64,000 nucleotides of DNA from Trichoplax sp. H2 (lineage: Eukaryota). Both the position numbers and the translations under genes were made by a program. How positions within the stretch are numbered: the stretch's first letter is position 1; each line of letters starts with the position of its first letter. Location: positions 124,001 through 188,000 of the forward strand of contig NOWV01000134.1 in assembly GCA_003344405.1 (NCBI GenBank), in the 5' to 3' direction. A model generated the notes under the pieces. It saw only the letters and a list, made by a program, of their open reading frames with translations. It was not told the DNA's origin and searched no databases. Shown here piece by piece: positions 10,956-26,080 of the stretch.

Positions 10956-13900
10956 TTACTCTCTAGCAATGAGACCGTTTAGTTCCGGTTGCAAAAAGTT
11001 GTCTACTAGAGCTGATATAATATCCGCTAACAATGCCTTCACATCTTCTTCAGAAACCCTACAAAGTATATGGTAGCCGTATTAATTAATACTTACACTT
11101 TTTGAAAATAAATTAAATCTTGTAATAATAACTAACTTGACGCCTGGTTGTGATTTCAATTCAACGTAATATTTTAGCTTTGGTTCCGTGCCACTAGTTC
11201 TAAGTGTTGCGATACAGCCATTCTCAAATGAGAATGTAATCATTTGTGATGATGCGCTAGAAGGTAGTAACTGTTCCATGCATATCAATAGGAAATAAGA
11301 AATTAAGATAACGCCTTTGCAATCATAAATTTTAGGTTGATAATACAGCACATACCGCTTTGAGGTCAGGTTGACTACTGTCATATCCAGTCGTTAAATC
11401 TCTTACATATTTAATTTTAAACGAGCCACAGGCAGCTGGATACTACATTTTCAATTTAACCATAAATAAGACAACGTTATTTTTATCGCAACTGCATTTA
11501 TAACAGTTTGAAGTTATTGACAGGAATGGCATAATATTTCTCATATACTAACAGCCTGTTACTAGATCTAACCTTGTTGTCTCCATCGTAATTTCGCAAG
11601 CGCGAAAAAATTTTTTCGATTGTCGGTTGTGAATAGCATAAGAAATAACTAGTAACAGCAACATGGCGTCCATATCTGGATTCATTAATATCCAAAAACG
11701 AACAAGAATAGACTGCATTAGTTTCAAGCGTCAGTCAGTTCAACTGGCATCTCTACTGTTACCTTTCCCAAATTCTTTCTAGTTGATCGTTGATAGTCAA
11801 TCCATTATCTGCCAAGTATCTAGCCATATCACCTACTACAGCAGCTGCATGCACTCCGTCTTTATCCAAAACAAATGTATCACACATAAATCCTAAATAA
11901 AGGTTGAGGAGAAAATACCGAATTATATACAATACCTTAATAAGTTTCATAACACTCATAAATAATGATTTTTATTACCAATAGCTTCCTCAAAGGCAAA
12001 TAAAACCCTTTTCCCGTCCTGCATAAGTTGATCACTTCGATTTCCCATCCATTTAAATCCTGTTAATGTGTCCTACAGCACACAAAGAAGTTTATCAGCA
12101 ACATAATATTAATCTCACCTAAGGTCAAGACAGAGAGTTATGTGACGATACCTCAAAGTTAATGCCTTCAACTAATGCAATAGCACCTAATATAGTGGAT
12201 GAGACGGTGCTAGACAACATGTATACATTGGAATCTGTTAAATAATATCAATAAGAGGATGCTTAGTATGTTTTGTTCAATTTTACAGCTACGTATCATG
12301 TGTAATTTTATTTATTTCTTGTTATAATCACCTTGAAAGGTTTTGCTATGATCACTTTGTTTAAAAGTGTAATAAGACCACCAGCCAAGTAAGGCACCGA
12401 TTTCGTTGCCGCTCAAGATCTTCCAAGTTCCACTGGTAATGAAAACATTTAATTTATTTCAACAGTTAATAAGCAACATTCATTACAAAAATTTTTAAAA
12501 ATACATTGAATATTTGCGAGTTCTTACTCTGATTGTTGTTCGGCTACTGCCAACCTATCAGCATCCGGATCGTTGGCAAGGATAATGGTACAGTTCTTTT
12601 CTTTGGCGGTTTTTATTGATAATTCCTAGATATATTATAATCAAGCCAGACGACAATCCGCTAGTTAGAGCAATACAAACACAATTCATATTGCCATACT
12701 AGAAAAATCTATTTTTCCAAACGTGACAATGTTAGAAATTAATCCTACTATCAAGTTATTCTATGGAATGTTTGACTGTGCCTTTCATATCTTACCAATG
12801 CACCTCGTCCTTCTTCAGGATTGGGGTATTTAACTGTTGGAAATTCCGGATCCGGTTCGCACTGTAAGATAAAGATTAATTTTGTTTCGATTTTAAAATA
12901 AGTCATACAATAACGTCAGATATAGCACTTGGTTTTAACATAATGCAATCAGAAGAGCACAACAAAGAGTTTACGCTCTGTGCACTTTGTATCATTTATG
13001 TTTAGTGCTAAAACTATCGTAAGTCGAGGAGGGAGGTATTGTGTGCATCTTTAAATAGAATTCGATTGAAAAATTTTTATACAATAAAAATAAATAAATT
13101 ATATTCAAGTATCAACCTGTTCTTTTACTTCATGAAAGTCAGGAAGAGAAAATGCTCGGAATGACTCCTTTGAAAATTTACAACCAACGCCATGCATAGC
13201 ACTATAAACAATTCCTATTTTACTTTCCGATGTAGCATTTGCTCTTGAGATATCAATACAAGCATAAAAGTAAAAATTTTAAAATCAACTTTAAAACTTA
13301 TACAGCATATAACGTTAGTAGGATTAACTAACAATAAAAATATCAATAATCGCTGATTCTAACCCGTAATGAAATCGCTTCTTGATTATAGAAAAGTATT
13401 CCTGATATACTTCGTCATATGGATCGATAGCTGAATTAACAATTTCGGTATCCCATGAATCAGCCCACGGTTCCATATTATTAGTAATTAAATTTTTTAT
13501 ATTGACATCATGTGGTGGAATAATTTGAGCACCGTTGTTCCAATAAACCTTGTAACCATTGTCTTCCTTCGGATTATGAGATGCAGTAATCATGATTCCC
13601 GCACAACACTTCAAATAACGAACTCCAAAGGCCTATCGGAATATAGAATGTAATCAGGTCAAGATGAACAGGACCTATCGTATGCCATATATCTATCGTT
13701 GAAGCCTATTAAAATTTATCTAGTGCAACGCTAGACATGGTTTACAATAAACTTACAACGAAAGGTGTAGGAACTATCTTTGAAAAAAGGTAAGTACGTA
13801 TCCCTTGATGACGGAATATTCCAGCAGTTAATTGAGCAAACCTATTCAATGTCAGAATTACGATTGAATATAGGTAGTTGATTATTCGTATATTATCAGT

Positions 13901-16900
13901 CTATTGCATTAATGGCATACACCTATTTAAAGCTATCAATCAATTTCGACATAATCTCATAAATACAGAATTAGATATGGCATCGATTCATACCGGTGAC
14001 TATTATATCGTGCATCGAAACCAATTACAACACCACCTTCCTTAATTTCAGGAAAGCTTTGCTGTAAATATCGGCAGAACCCCTATTATAACATTTAAAT
14101 GGATAAAATCGATAAGGGCAAGATTTATTAGGTAGATACAATATACGCATAACTAACAGCGTAAACGTAGCATAACACTTATTGCGTAGCATAGATTGTT
14201 CGAGTAGACTTGTACCTGCGTGCTCTGAATAATTGTTAAGTCATTTAAACGATTATAGCCTGCGCCCATTTTAGCTCTTAGACCTAATAAAACAATATCA
14301 ATCTTTATTCAGCTATCATGCAAAATACTTGCATCCAACTTCAAGCGCGATAACAGCATCTAAAATAGAATCTATTGATATCGGCTATTCGATTCTTAGC
14401 TATTCTATCTTTTACCAGCGGTTCCAAAACTTAATCTATTCATCAATCTTCCTTTTAATTCGTCATACTGTTTGTCTTGCAGTAAATTTAAAATTTCAGT
14501 CCGGGTTTTAACATTCTACAAATCAAATCAAATAGAATCATTAGTACAATGATGATTGATTATCTTTATGTTCTTGCATAAATATTGATTAATTATTATT
14601 CTAATTTTTATTATCAAGGTTTCTTCTATGTGGTATTTCATTGACCAAGTAACAATTTTCTCGATTATAACTTTATCACCGATGTACAGCAGTAACTAAA
14701 TGATTTAGGATGAAAGTATCCATTGTAGGAGCTGTTCTATTTCTTTTTAGCCATTATTAAACAACTACTACAGTAGTGAACTGAAGTAAGAGTAGCAAAC
14801 GATTATTTTTGGAGATAGTGTGTTAGCGAAAGAAACCTATAAATTAATAATGGCAAGGGGTAGAACGAGATCATTGAGGCCAACTGCAAATAACATTACC
14901 CATGATTGAACAAATAGCTTACGTTGGAATAAGTTAGAGTTGCCCCCTAGCATTATATGCCTTATACGTATATAAGAGCAAAAGGCAGCCATGAAGCATT
15001 AATTAGCAATTATTGTTAAATGATTGCTAAATAATATACTTAACAGCATGACCAGGAGGGTGGCTTATTTTTCATCACAGGAATATTTTACTCGACCGTA
15101 GCAGATCTTTCACCAAACTATTCCAATTAGCAGCTCCCATAGAAATTTTCAACCGTTGATGACGACTAATTCATTCATTCATAGGCGTATCAATATCACC
15201 AACTCAAAATGTTATAGAAGTTCTAGTAAAGTATAATTTCCGATTATATGCAAGGATTTTTTAAGATTTTCTATTAGAAGGCCCTATGTGCAAGATGATC
15301 GGCTAGAAATGCAAATATAGATACGTCTTTTCCTAAATTTCTGAGAATTAAAATAAGATTTATACAAACTCAGCATAATGAAATGGCATTACACTGTTTG
15401 TCAATCATGTCGCAGAGCCAACATCATCAACTCTACAGCAACAGTTGGGAAAAGGATTCGCGAGAAATGGAAAACGTAGGCTTGTCCACTCTCAATTGAC
15501 TGCATATTGAAGTCCCTGTAGGATCAGCATAAGCTCAACATCATGAAAAGGGTTGGTACTTTAGGAAGCTACATCTACTCTACCATCGACTACCAGAGTT
15601 CCCATTTTATTAGTTTGTGACTCTCCATCGATCAGTGGATGTTGAAATAACATCTACATATTCGGTGTAAAGAAACGGTCGAATAAGTCTTTGCCAGCGG
15701 TGTCGAAGAAACATGCAATAACCCATCAAATAGACAACAACAGTATATAGCGTAATCTATAGGGTAATTTAGTCGATGTAGAAATTAATAATGACTAATT
15801 CGGCTTGATAACCAATAGTCAATTCAATATTGTACTTTTACGGTTGGGAAATCCGAAGAAATGCTGCTGCCAATCAAATATAAAGAGAGAATTGCTCAAG
15901 ATAGAAAATAAAGCGACCAATTGAAATTCTTGTTTACGATGATTTGGTAGGTATCATATTTGAGTTGTATAATGGAGGGGTAAGGGTTGAGTAGATTATT
16001 ATCTACAATATTCAATTCAATGATAATTATTCATTATCGACTATCTATCAAAACTGTTATAAATTGCGATCAAAAGTCAAGTTAAGGAATAAATTTGTCC
16101 ATGTCAATTGGTATGCATATTACTTCATCTCTTGATGCATACTTTTACTTGCAAACTTTGACGAAACTATTGAAAACGGTGATGAGGTTAAGCAAATAAC
16201 GTAGAATGAAACTACTTCATAGATGCGCCATTTTGTATTCTTTACAGGACAGTACAGTATTTAATAACAAACACTTTTTGGTTTTAAGCCAGCAAGAGGA
16301 ATGGATCGAGTATAGCCTATCAGTAATCGTAGTTTAAGGGCTTGTGCTAAATATCGATACAGAGTACGATGATGACAGTTTATCAAGCTATGATTTCTGT
16401 TTTAGTTGTTTGTCGTAGGTAAGTGATGGACAAACTCCATAGTCTGCAGTTGAAAAAGTCGCTTTGAATGATACAGACAACTTTCATCTTTAATATCTGC
16501 TTAGCTGTTGTTGAAATGGAGATTTTTAGCCATACTATAGTACACACTAGGCCTACCCAAGAATAGTATGGCCCATACAGTAACAATATTAATAACATGA
16601 AACTATCACGACAAGAAGATCCTTTTTCATCAACTCGGATCTCGCTGACCGTGTTGATCAGACTGCGCTATCCATCGATAGCAAGAGTTAAGTTATGCAT
16701 TCTCTTTTCATCAACCGATTGGACATGCATAAAATGACGAATGTCGAAATCGGCAATGGACTATACTAAATACATTGAGTAGTCTAAGTTAGATTTCTCA
16801 TCGACGCAGAAAGATATGACAATCAATCATCATCCGTATAGTAGTACGCCTCGTCCATTTTGAAATGGAAAACGACATCTTGTACTTGATGTGGGTAAAA

Positions 16901-17932
16901 AATTTAGCAAAGTCATGACCGATTTGGAGCCTACAGTACAGCTAAAGAGGAAGGATAGTCAAATTGAACGTTCTCGTTGTTATCCACATAACGATTATTT
17001 AAGAGATCCACCTTCAACTTGACTGTCGATGCAACAAGCGGTTTCCTGGCCATACTGGCCATTTGATACGAGTTGCCATGTTTGCTGTACAATAAGTTTT
17101 ACCAATCATTTCAACTAGTAATACATTGGTGAAGAGCAGAAAATCAATTTTTACGCTGCTATTACAATATTCCATTGCAATGTAGGACGAGCTGTACCTT
17201 ACAAATAGGGTAGGAAAAAAGAAATCGAATAGCTTGCAGATTGTTGTACGATATTAGTACAGCCATCTAGCCTTGCAAGATGGTCAGGGAGATTACATCG
17301 TCACGCCAGTCGACAAGGCCCGAATTGATGTTACTGATGAAACATGCACCTTTACCCCAACATTGGCAAAGCATTGACTGATTCATCATCCGCTCCTCTA
17401 CTACAGTCTATCCATCACTAGTATGATCATGTTATCCCCATAGCCTGTTGTTATTGAATCGATGAAAAATAGCAAGACCAATGCTTTGATTTTTTTATTA
17501 AGCAAATATTTCATGGTACGCCATAGTTTGGGTGTGCCTGGTGTAGGCATGATAGCATTGGATTGATAAACAGCTCTCTACTACAGTCTATCCATCACTA
17601 GTATGATCATGCTATCCCCATAGCCTGTTGTTATTGAATCGATGAGAAATAGCAAGACCAACGCTTTCACTTTTTTTAAATTAATTAATATAAGCAAGTA
17701 TTTGATAGTACGCCATCCTTCGGGCGTACTTGGTGTAGGCACGTTAACATTCAATTTCATTTTGTAAGCTTGTACGTTCAGAGCGCCCTTGGATATTGCA
17801 GTCGATCGCGTACTCGATGTTGCTGCTATTCCACTATCCTACCTGATCATAACGTAGCCATTCCTTAATCTTTTGATCTAACATTTCATCTCCGGTATTG
17901 CAATCGATCGGTTGATCATTTGGGGAAGCCAT
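10956..17932 (-). CDS. PGM2: Phosphoglucomutase-2 / phosphopentomutase, multi-exon
   Basis: Exon 1 at 17932-17843 ([17 protein letters not shown]). Exon 2 at ~14515-14417 (RLSFGTAG), then [19 protein letters not shown] (phospho-Ser), PNPEEG, DPDADR (metal loop), [18 protein letters not shown]. Last exon ends [13 protein letters not shown] at 10956. Confidence 0.93.
17396..17741. repeat. Two-copy ~180-bp tandem duplication in PGM2 intron 1
   Basis: CTCTACTACAGTCTATCCATCACTAGTATGATCATG...GGTGTAGGCA at 17396 and 17576. Confidence 0.9.
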
Positions 17933-19958
17933 GGCGTTGTTGTTGCTTTCTTTTCCTATATTCAATCGTCACTTATGGCTTGAAAAGCTGATGCAATGTA
18001 CAGCTCCAAATAGACTAATTGGAGATACAAGGGAGAGGCCAAGAAAAAGAGTAAATTATATAGACTGCTCAGCGCCTACAGTACAGTAAATGCCAGTCCA
18101 AGATATTGTAATAATTAATTAATTTCGAGATTGGATGGCAGGCTGGCAGCTCTGCAGTAGTTTCCACTGGTGGAAATTATTATTATTATTATTAGCGAGT
18201 GGGAGTGGGCTGGTAGGGTACAGTAGTAACTGGTAACGCACTATCCAGGAGAATAACAAACTGCACTATTTACGCTCATCGGCTAGCGTTTACTACGATC
18301 TTGACTTACCGTATGGGACTGTATGTTGTAGTGTTGCATCAGCACGAAGTCAGGTGGCTTAATTAATCATAAGCATCCCATAAGGACCTGAGGGAGGTTT
18401 ACCACTGCTAGTAGGATCCAATTCTTGCTAATTTGCCATGGTTGTGGTAACAGCAAGGCAGTCTATTCCATCTCTAATCATATCCATTGCAAATTTAGTC
18501 TATTAGTCTAGGTTAGAAATGCTAGAAATTGAATCTGATGAATAATTTTATGCTGCATTTGTCATCACAGCCATCAAATAAGTAAACTGTGTAGAACTGT
18601 TGCTATGGCTCGAAGTGGGACAATGATATGTTGTAGTATTGCATCAGCATGCATTTCCAGTAGTAGAAAGTCAAGAATAAATCAATCAATACGCTATACC
18701 CATGCAACACTGGTCAGGAGTGGATCCCTGACTATATTTATAGATGGTAGAGAGAGATTTTATTAGTCCCTACTAGAGCTTCAATTAGAGCCAGCAATCA
18801 AGACAACCTCGATTCAAGAAATGACCCATCTTGCTATGGTCATGGAAACTGCAATGCAGTCTACATAATCTCCAATCATAAAATATATACATTGCAAACC
18901 CAGTCCGTTCTCTAGATTACAACTATTATTATGATTAATTCCCAAAATGCTATTCAACGAATATCGAAAAATTGCACTTACACTGGTATCCTAATAAGTT
19001 AAGTTAGCAGGTTTCTACCTGCAGCTTTGTAACTTCACTCCCTGACTACAATGCACTTTCTGACTGTTGTTTGACTAACATTTATAGAAATACGTTTACT
19101 GAAATATCCTCATGTGATTGGCACTACAAACTGTATCGTCTAGGATATACGTATAACGAAGCAGTATTGCCACGGAGAAAAAATTCACTAAAAATATTTC
19201 TCGAACTATTTATTTGTAGCTACGACCATGGACCACTAGCCTAGTGATCTATGCTATGACAAATCCCAAAGAAGGCCTATAACGGTATTTAACTGCTGTG
19301 ATAGAAGAGTGATGACAAAAAAAGTTGGTCTCTTGATTTAACATAGTTGCAATATACAGCCGTAAAGAGGAGAATAATACCATTGAGCAGTAAAGTGTCT
19401 TATAATTAGAAAAGCGAACAACAATATAGCTATAATATATTATACGATAGAGTAATTACCGTAATCAACGCGTAAGACTACAGCATTTCATAATTGGAGA
19501 AAGTCCCTTCTTGACGGGCTTATACCTATTTGCTATTAAATCCAACATGGCCTATTTCATATACAGATAATTCGCTAGCTATTAAGCGCCACTGTTAACA
19601 GGTGCGAAATTCATAGAACGGTAATACACTTTCATTTTTGGCAAGTCATAATTAAAAGAAATTAAAATAGAGGCTTTGGAAACAGTGTTATAGCCTTATA
19701 AATACAGCATAACTAGACGTTAAGTTACTGAAATAAATAGCTTTCTATTACGAAGCAAAGTTTCACGACAGGACTCTAGCAATACCTTTATGCATTTACA
19801 ATGATCTCTAAATAAGAGTTTTTGATACATTTTTCCGATTTTTAAATGAAGCATCTGAATTCAAGGTCAAAAAAGAAATAATGACTCGAGGTGTACGCAC
19901 TTTGCACATGTACAAAATAAATATACGAATATAGTTAGTACTAAACTATATGCAATAG

Positions 19959-22900
19959 CTACGTAATTTTTAAGATTAGATCGAAATGTCCCGTTTGATT
20001 GTCAAAATTAAGCTGTATTTCAAAGTCATCTTCATCTTGAAAATGCTCTACGATTTGATCGTCCATATTTACAAGAATCCTAACCAAGATAACAACTTTT
20101 TAGTACAGTACTGCATAATACCAATGAAATAAACGCTAACAAAAGAAAGTAAGCCTACAGTACCCCTTTTTTGTACGCTTGTAAACACCCGTTATCATAT
20201 CAGTTCGTACACCGTATTTTTTGGCAAGCTGAAATAAATCATGGTAATAAGTTTCTTAGTTACAGTATTATTGGCCCGGACTTAGCCCATCATTCAATAG
20301 TCAAAATTCACATACACAATCGACTAGTTCTGCTACAGTGCAGTTCTTCAGCATTAGCGCATGATATGCAGTTTCTTCTTCCTTCTTGACGTAAATTGTA
20401 ACAGCTATCAACAAAGATCAATAGTATGTTACTTTAATCGAAACCATGATACACATTCTGGCGTACAAAAAAATTACGCAAACTACAAAACCTGGCGGAA
20501 TCGGTCGCGCAACGCGCGGTGTTTTTACTACAGGTGTTGCAACTTCTAGATCAGCTAATACATCCTATCGAAATCGATCGAAAAGTAATAAGTGAACACG
20601 TTAAAGGTGCCTTACAGTACTATTTCACTTGATATCACAGAATAATCTATTAAAGGGTAAGTTGGAAAATAACTTGATAATAAAGTGAATTGAATTAATT
20701 CTAACGGTACCTTTGTTACTGCTAATGCATATGTAAATGATCGTTTATTCTCACGCTCCCTATGTAAGCAATAGTAAATCATGAAGACATTGATACTAGA
20801 CAAGGACTAGTGATACAAAAGAAGATATTTTCGTACCTAACTGTCGTGAAAAACGAGGACGAAGGATTACTTGATCCAGTAGACGTATTATTAACGTTTT
20901 CTAGGCGCTGAAAGACAAGCTGTTTCTTTAATACCTATGTCTTAGTCATCATAAAATTTGTAAACACTGCGAGATAAAAGATCTATTGAATACCAACCAG
21001 TCGATTCGAAGTTTCGATATTCATGTATGGCATAAACAATACTGGTTTCGGACCTAAAGGTGTGGTTGGGGTTAGATATGTAGATGACGGCGTACTCTCC
21101 ATAATCGCCGACGATGCATCCACACTCTGAGCTAAAAGAATTGAATTGAAGAAAAGGAATATCATTTATTACATAAAATGAACCTGTCAGTAAATAAAAC
21201 GCAAAGTATACAAATATCCGCCGTCTTTAAAAACAAATTAAATTTATGATATAGTAAGAGTAGTAGCTTACTATGTGCTTTAAGCATTTTTTGGATACGC
21301 TTCCGTGCAGTCTTTGACTCGTCTTTATTCTTTCTTTCAGCACCCTAATAAGATTTACAGATACAATTTAAAGGCAGATTGAGAATCTAAAAGAGGCACT
21401 ACATTACATTGGTTGTAAGCATTACTTTGTCTCTGAATATTTTAACTTTGCAAAAGGCTCTGTGCACAGGTTCTACATCGCTAGAAGTTAGATCTTCGTA
21501 AGTATCGATTTGCAAATGCAGAGGAATACCCTAAAATAGTAATTTGTGTCAAACGTACGGCATTGCAATGGTGCTGTCACTTAAAATACATGATTACCTT
21601 CACGCCTTTTTGAGGAGAAAAGTCTGTGCTCAAACAATTAATACGTGCAGCAATCTATGTAACGAAATTAATATTAATATCGTTAGTCGAAAAAGATAAA
21701 ATGATAACAATAGATTGTTATGATTACTTTAGCATTATCGGCAGGATTCCAATAGAAGGCAACCGCATTATAAGCTATTTCTTCAATACGTTCTTCTACA
21801 TTTTGACATGATTTGCGATCTAAGAAATAAAAAAGTTACGTCATATTAACATTGAATTTGGAGAAAACAATATTTTTATAGTTTTTAATTTCAATATTTA
21901 GAAATGCTAACCTATATCAAAGGCACGTTGATTAGGATTGGGCTGCTGACTATACCAGTACTGCCAATGCGACATTTCATTATCAGGCTCTTTTTCTTCT
22001 CTGAAGACTAGATGTAGTATCGACTACATCGTGAAGAAAATATTGGTATATTACACTTTTGTGACGATACTTGCATAACTGATTTACTAAAATACCTTCA
22101 GACGAGTAGTTGAGGGATTAGATTCAGGTGTAGCCTCAAAATTAATATTGTAAAACTGGCCTGAAACGAGAAATGCATAAGCTAGAATATAACTACTAGA
22201 ACAAGCTACTAACTTGGCAATTCTATAATACCGTATGTCAATAATACGATTAAACAATAATTTACATAATGTATTTATAGAGTTGTAATTAGAGTATGAT
22301 AAAGAATATGTTACCTTTTCTATGCACGAATAACAATAATACTTACTCTGTTTTGTATCTACTCACTTATACATACCGCAACTGTCTGTACTACAATATA
22401 ACAGGGACAATCCTATTATTACAGTAGTGAACATTTTGTCCAACGCTTCAATAAAATAAATGGAAACTGGGATCATGTCAAATAAGCAACGGTAATGTAA
22501 TTACCTTTATTGATATATGTCAATGCGTCACCAGTCCATTTATGCACTATTGATGCTGGGGCTTCCAAAGAAAATTTATACCTGAAAAATGATTAACTCA
22601 ATTAATGGACTTTAATCTAAATAAATTCTTATAGATGTTCACGATAGTTGACAAGCGGAATATTACAGTCATTGAAGCATTACCGAGTAGTCCCATTCAA
22701 TATCTCAGTCATAGCCTATTGCAACTTACCTCTCTTGAGCTTGGAAGACCGTTGAAGATTTCGATGGAGAGGTAAAAGGAGGTAAAACTATAGAAGACAT
22801 CTAAAGAAAAGGTATTCCTCATTTTCATTATCATCAATGAAACTTACGTAGACACTGTCAGTAACAATTAATATATTGGAAAGGTTGCGGCTGGTTCAAA

Positions 22901-23821
22901 GAATTAAGAGAATAATTTTAAATCAATAACGTACATCAGGGTCAGAATGATTTGTGGCACTCATTAAGTCACTATGGTTTAGCTCCGGCTGTGAACTTCC
23001 ATCATTAGCTAAATTTCGTAGCGATGATTCTAAATCGTTGGTACACAGCGCTGGTTGATGGCTACAAGTATAAATAGGGAAAGTATTACGAGAATTAGCG
23101 TTCTTTTACAACTGTGCAACAACAGTACGAGTATATACAGCAATGGCAATAACGATTGGTAATGAGCTTTAAATACCTTTGATTCGAATCCGGTGATTCG
23201 TCGCTTACGGATTTTACATTGCAATAATAATCCAAAAAAGTCAAATTACTATCTATATCTGTGTTACTGCTACTACCAGACAATAACACCGATGGAGATG
23301 TTGGTGGTAAAGGTACATTTTGAAGGTAAGAATGCCAACTTCTGTTCTCCTTGGTTACAATAGGAGCACTATTGGTATTGTTATTGTTACTATCGCTATA
23401 CTGAACTGGAGAGGCTTTACGGCCTAGTTGATCAGGTATGCATGCATAGTCGGAGAGCTTTAAGTTGTCAGCTGTGCTCCTGTTGATCGCTTCACGGCCG
23501 GCAGAGTCTTTGCGCGCATTTGAAGACGATGCTGAATCTTTTCGTGGCCTAAATTGTATATGAAATCATGTTTTGTATAAGTCGTGACGTCTAGAACGTA
23601 TGCTAATACTGGTGATTGAGCCACTATACAGGTTATGACGGACAATTAACGATTAATACACGTAAGTCATCAATTCTAAAATATATGGTAAAACTGCAAT
23701 CGGAGTTCAGTCTGTGCACATACAGAGACAAAGAATTAAGTGGACTACATGATAGCGTGATTGATAACAGCTGATAGCAACGGAAGTAGCTCATCATTGC
23801 AACTGATTGACTATAGTTCAT
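19959..23821 (-). CDS. grh: Grainyhead (GRH/GRHL subfamily of CP2 transcription factors), multi-exon
   Basis: Spliced CP2 DNA-binding domain: [89 protein letters not shown]. C-terminal dimerisation domain TIYVKKEEE..HALML..AKKYG..KRTKKGILVNMDDQIVEHF. Stop at 19959. The first exon (23821-23724, joining 23548 in phase 2) is tentative. Confidence 0.92.
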
Positions 23822-25554
23822 TTATTTGAACGGTTGGCTACTAGTGAAGGCTATCAGCAGCAATGCTATGATTTAATTTGTCCATTTACGTAATTTACAG
23901 TCATTATGGGCATAAGCTATTGCATTCTATGTAGGAACTCTCCACGGACATACAATACAGACGTTGACGCAGTCAATATTGCATGTATTTTTTCTCGGCA
24001 ATTGTATTCTATTCCAATAGTAAATTCGATATTATGTACTGTCCAGCACTACACATCTCTCAACAATTTGGTAACTTTACCGATCGCAGTTACTGTCTAC
24101 ACAGGTGATCGATTGTACGGTAGAAGAAATCAGGAAGGGATAAATTAATAGTTATAATATTATGTATTAGTAGTACAATATCTTACTGGCTGAAATATCC
24201 ATTTGCCCGGTTGAGTAAACTATCGTACAAGCGAGAAATATTATTTTTACTTGTTTCTACTGCAACCAGTAACGGCTTACGGACTAAGAGTAATATGAAA
24301 CTGTTATTATCCGGTATCAAGTGGGTCGACACATATGGATATTAATGTAGCCTGTACAAGTATTTAAGAATCATCATTGTAATGTAGAGATGGACTGACA
24401 TCAACATAGTAATGTGTACAACAGTATCTTCTTTTTAAATACTATCTATTGTTGGTTTGAGTAAAGTACTATAATTGACGATAGAGAAACGGGTCAAATA
24501 ATGGTGTGCCCCATCTAGCACGTCGAATCAGGAATTCAATTGAAAGTTACATCAACGTATGTATAAACTGTCTTGTACAATTGTAGTCCCTATCGCTATA
24601 ACTATGACCGGATGAAGACCGTTGTCTACTTCTGTGCTAAGATATTTATCTGTATGTCCACCAATTTAGCTAAAGTGAATTTGAATGATGTACATAAGAC
24701 TAATATAATGTACTACTGAATATGAATAATACATTGTAAACTAGACTACTGTATGACAACACCGTAAAGTAGTGTATGCTTGAGCTCGCCTATTACAGTA
24801 GACGATTATCTCGTCTACGAGTAATATTGCAGTCATTTTGCAGTGTAAATCTACCTACAGATGAATGCATGTCTCCACAAAAACGCTGGATAAATAATAG
24901 TAATGTATACAAGATTCACTTGCACCTATGCCGTTGTTGCAGCAGATTAATTCAATTGAAATGGATTGGCAGACCAAATAGAGTCGTAAAGTATAGCGCA
25001 GTACTGTACATCAGGTTGAAAAAGACACCAGGCGCTCATGCAATCCAACAATGTCAATCAACAAAACAATACGAGCGCGCAAGAAACGCTCCAGTGACAG
25101 TACTTGTAAGGTTAACTAGCAGCCATTCTGGTTGCAAGTGACGAAATAGAATCCCTATCTGATATGATTGTAACATCATCTTTCTTGACTATTGTCATTT
25201 TTACTGAAGAATTGGACGTTTTTAGTGGATACGAATAGAATATCAAGTATTGATATGTTGTTGATCATGTACAGTAGCTGCAAGTAGAATGGGTTCTATA
25301 CTGTATAGCATGATGGCAACGGGTTCAAACTTACTCTTTCTTAATTCGTGACGCCATAATCACCTTGAAAATGAACGACTTCAATCATCCAAGTATCATT
25401 CAGTAAACAAAAACGACAACAGGGCCAATAACTGGATATTCTTTTCTACCTTATTAATCGATCGATGGTGGTCTTGCCTATCAAAGTAGAAGTCAACGAT
25501 GCTAAAATGGTAAGAAATCTACAGACTGCCGACAGCAGCATCAGTAGCAAGTTC

Positions 25555-26080
25555 TCGTGTACACTGTACTGTACATACTGTACTGTACAGTACTGTATGC
25601 TTGTAACTTGGATTCAAAATTTGTACTGTACACTGTACACTGTACACTGTACTGTACTGTACAGTATGCTCATAGTGTACAGTGTACAGTGTACAGTACA
25701 GTGGATTAAAATCTTGTACTGTACAGTACGCACTGTGTACGTAACCGTCGGTGGGCGCGGTTCAAGCAAACGACGATAGAATATTATTAGTGGAATTTGT
25801 GTCTCATGATAGAGCTACAAGAAATAGATACAGTATGGCGATATGTTATAACAACAGGAGTGCAGTATTGCAGCAAAATGATCAATCAAGTGGTAGTAAT
25901 GTTCATAATCTATTCTACAGTACTCTACTATCATGTTGAACATGATAGATATGGGAAGAGACTCGATACAGCAGGTACAGGTTTGCATCCGCGGCGAAAA
26001 AGCGGTCAGATTGTTTCCAGTACAGTAACACTGTACTGTACACTGTACACTGTACAGTACAGTACAGTACACTGTACTGG
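25555..26080. repeat. ACAGT/ACTGT pentamer-rich low-complexity clusters
   Basis: Dense TACAG/CTGTA/GTACAC units at 25555-25745 and 26020-26080, upstream of the Grainyhead 5' end. Confidence 0.85.

Noticed and set aside
24776-25141. 121-aa plus-strand ORF upstream of Grainyhead
   Set aside because: No recognisable domain or supporting exon chain.
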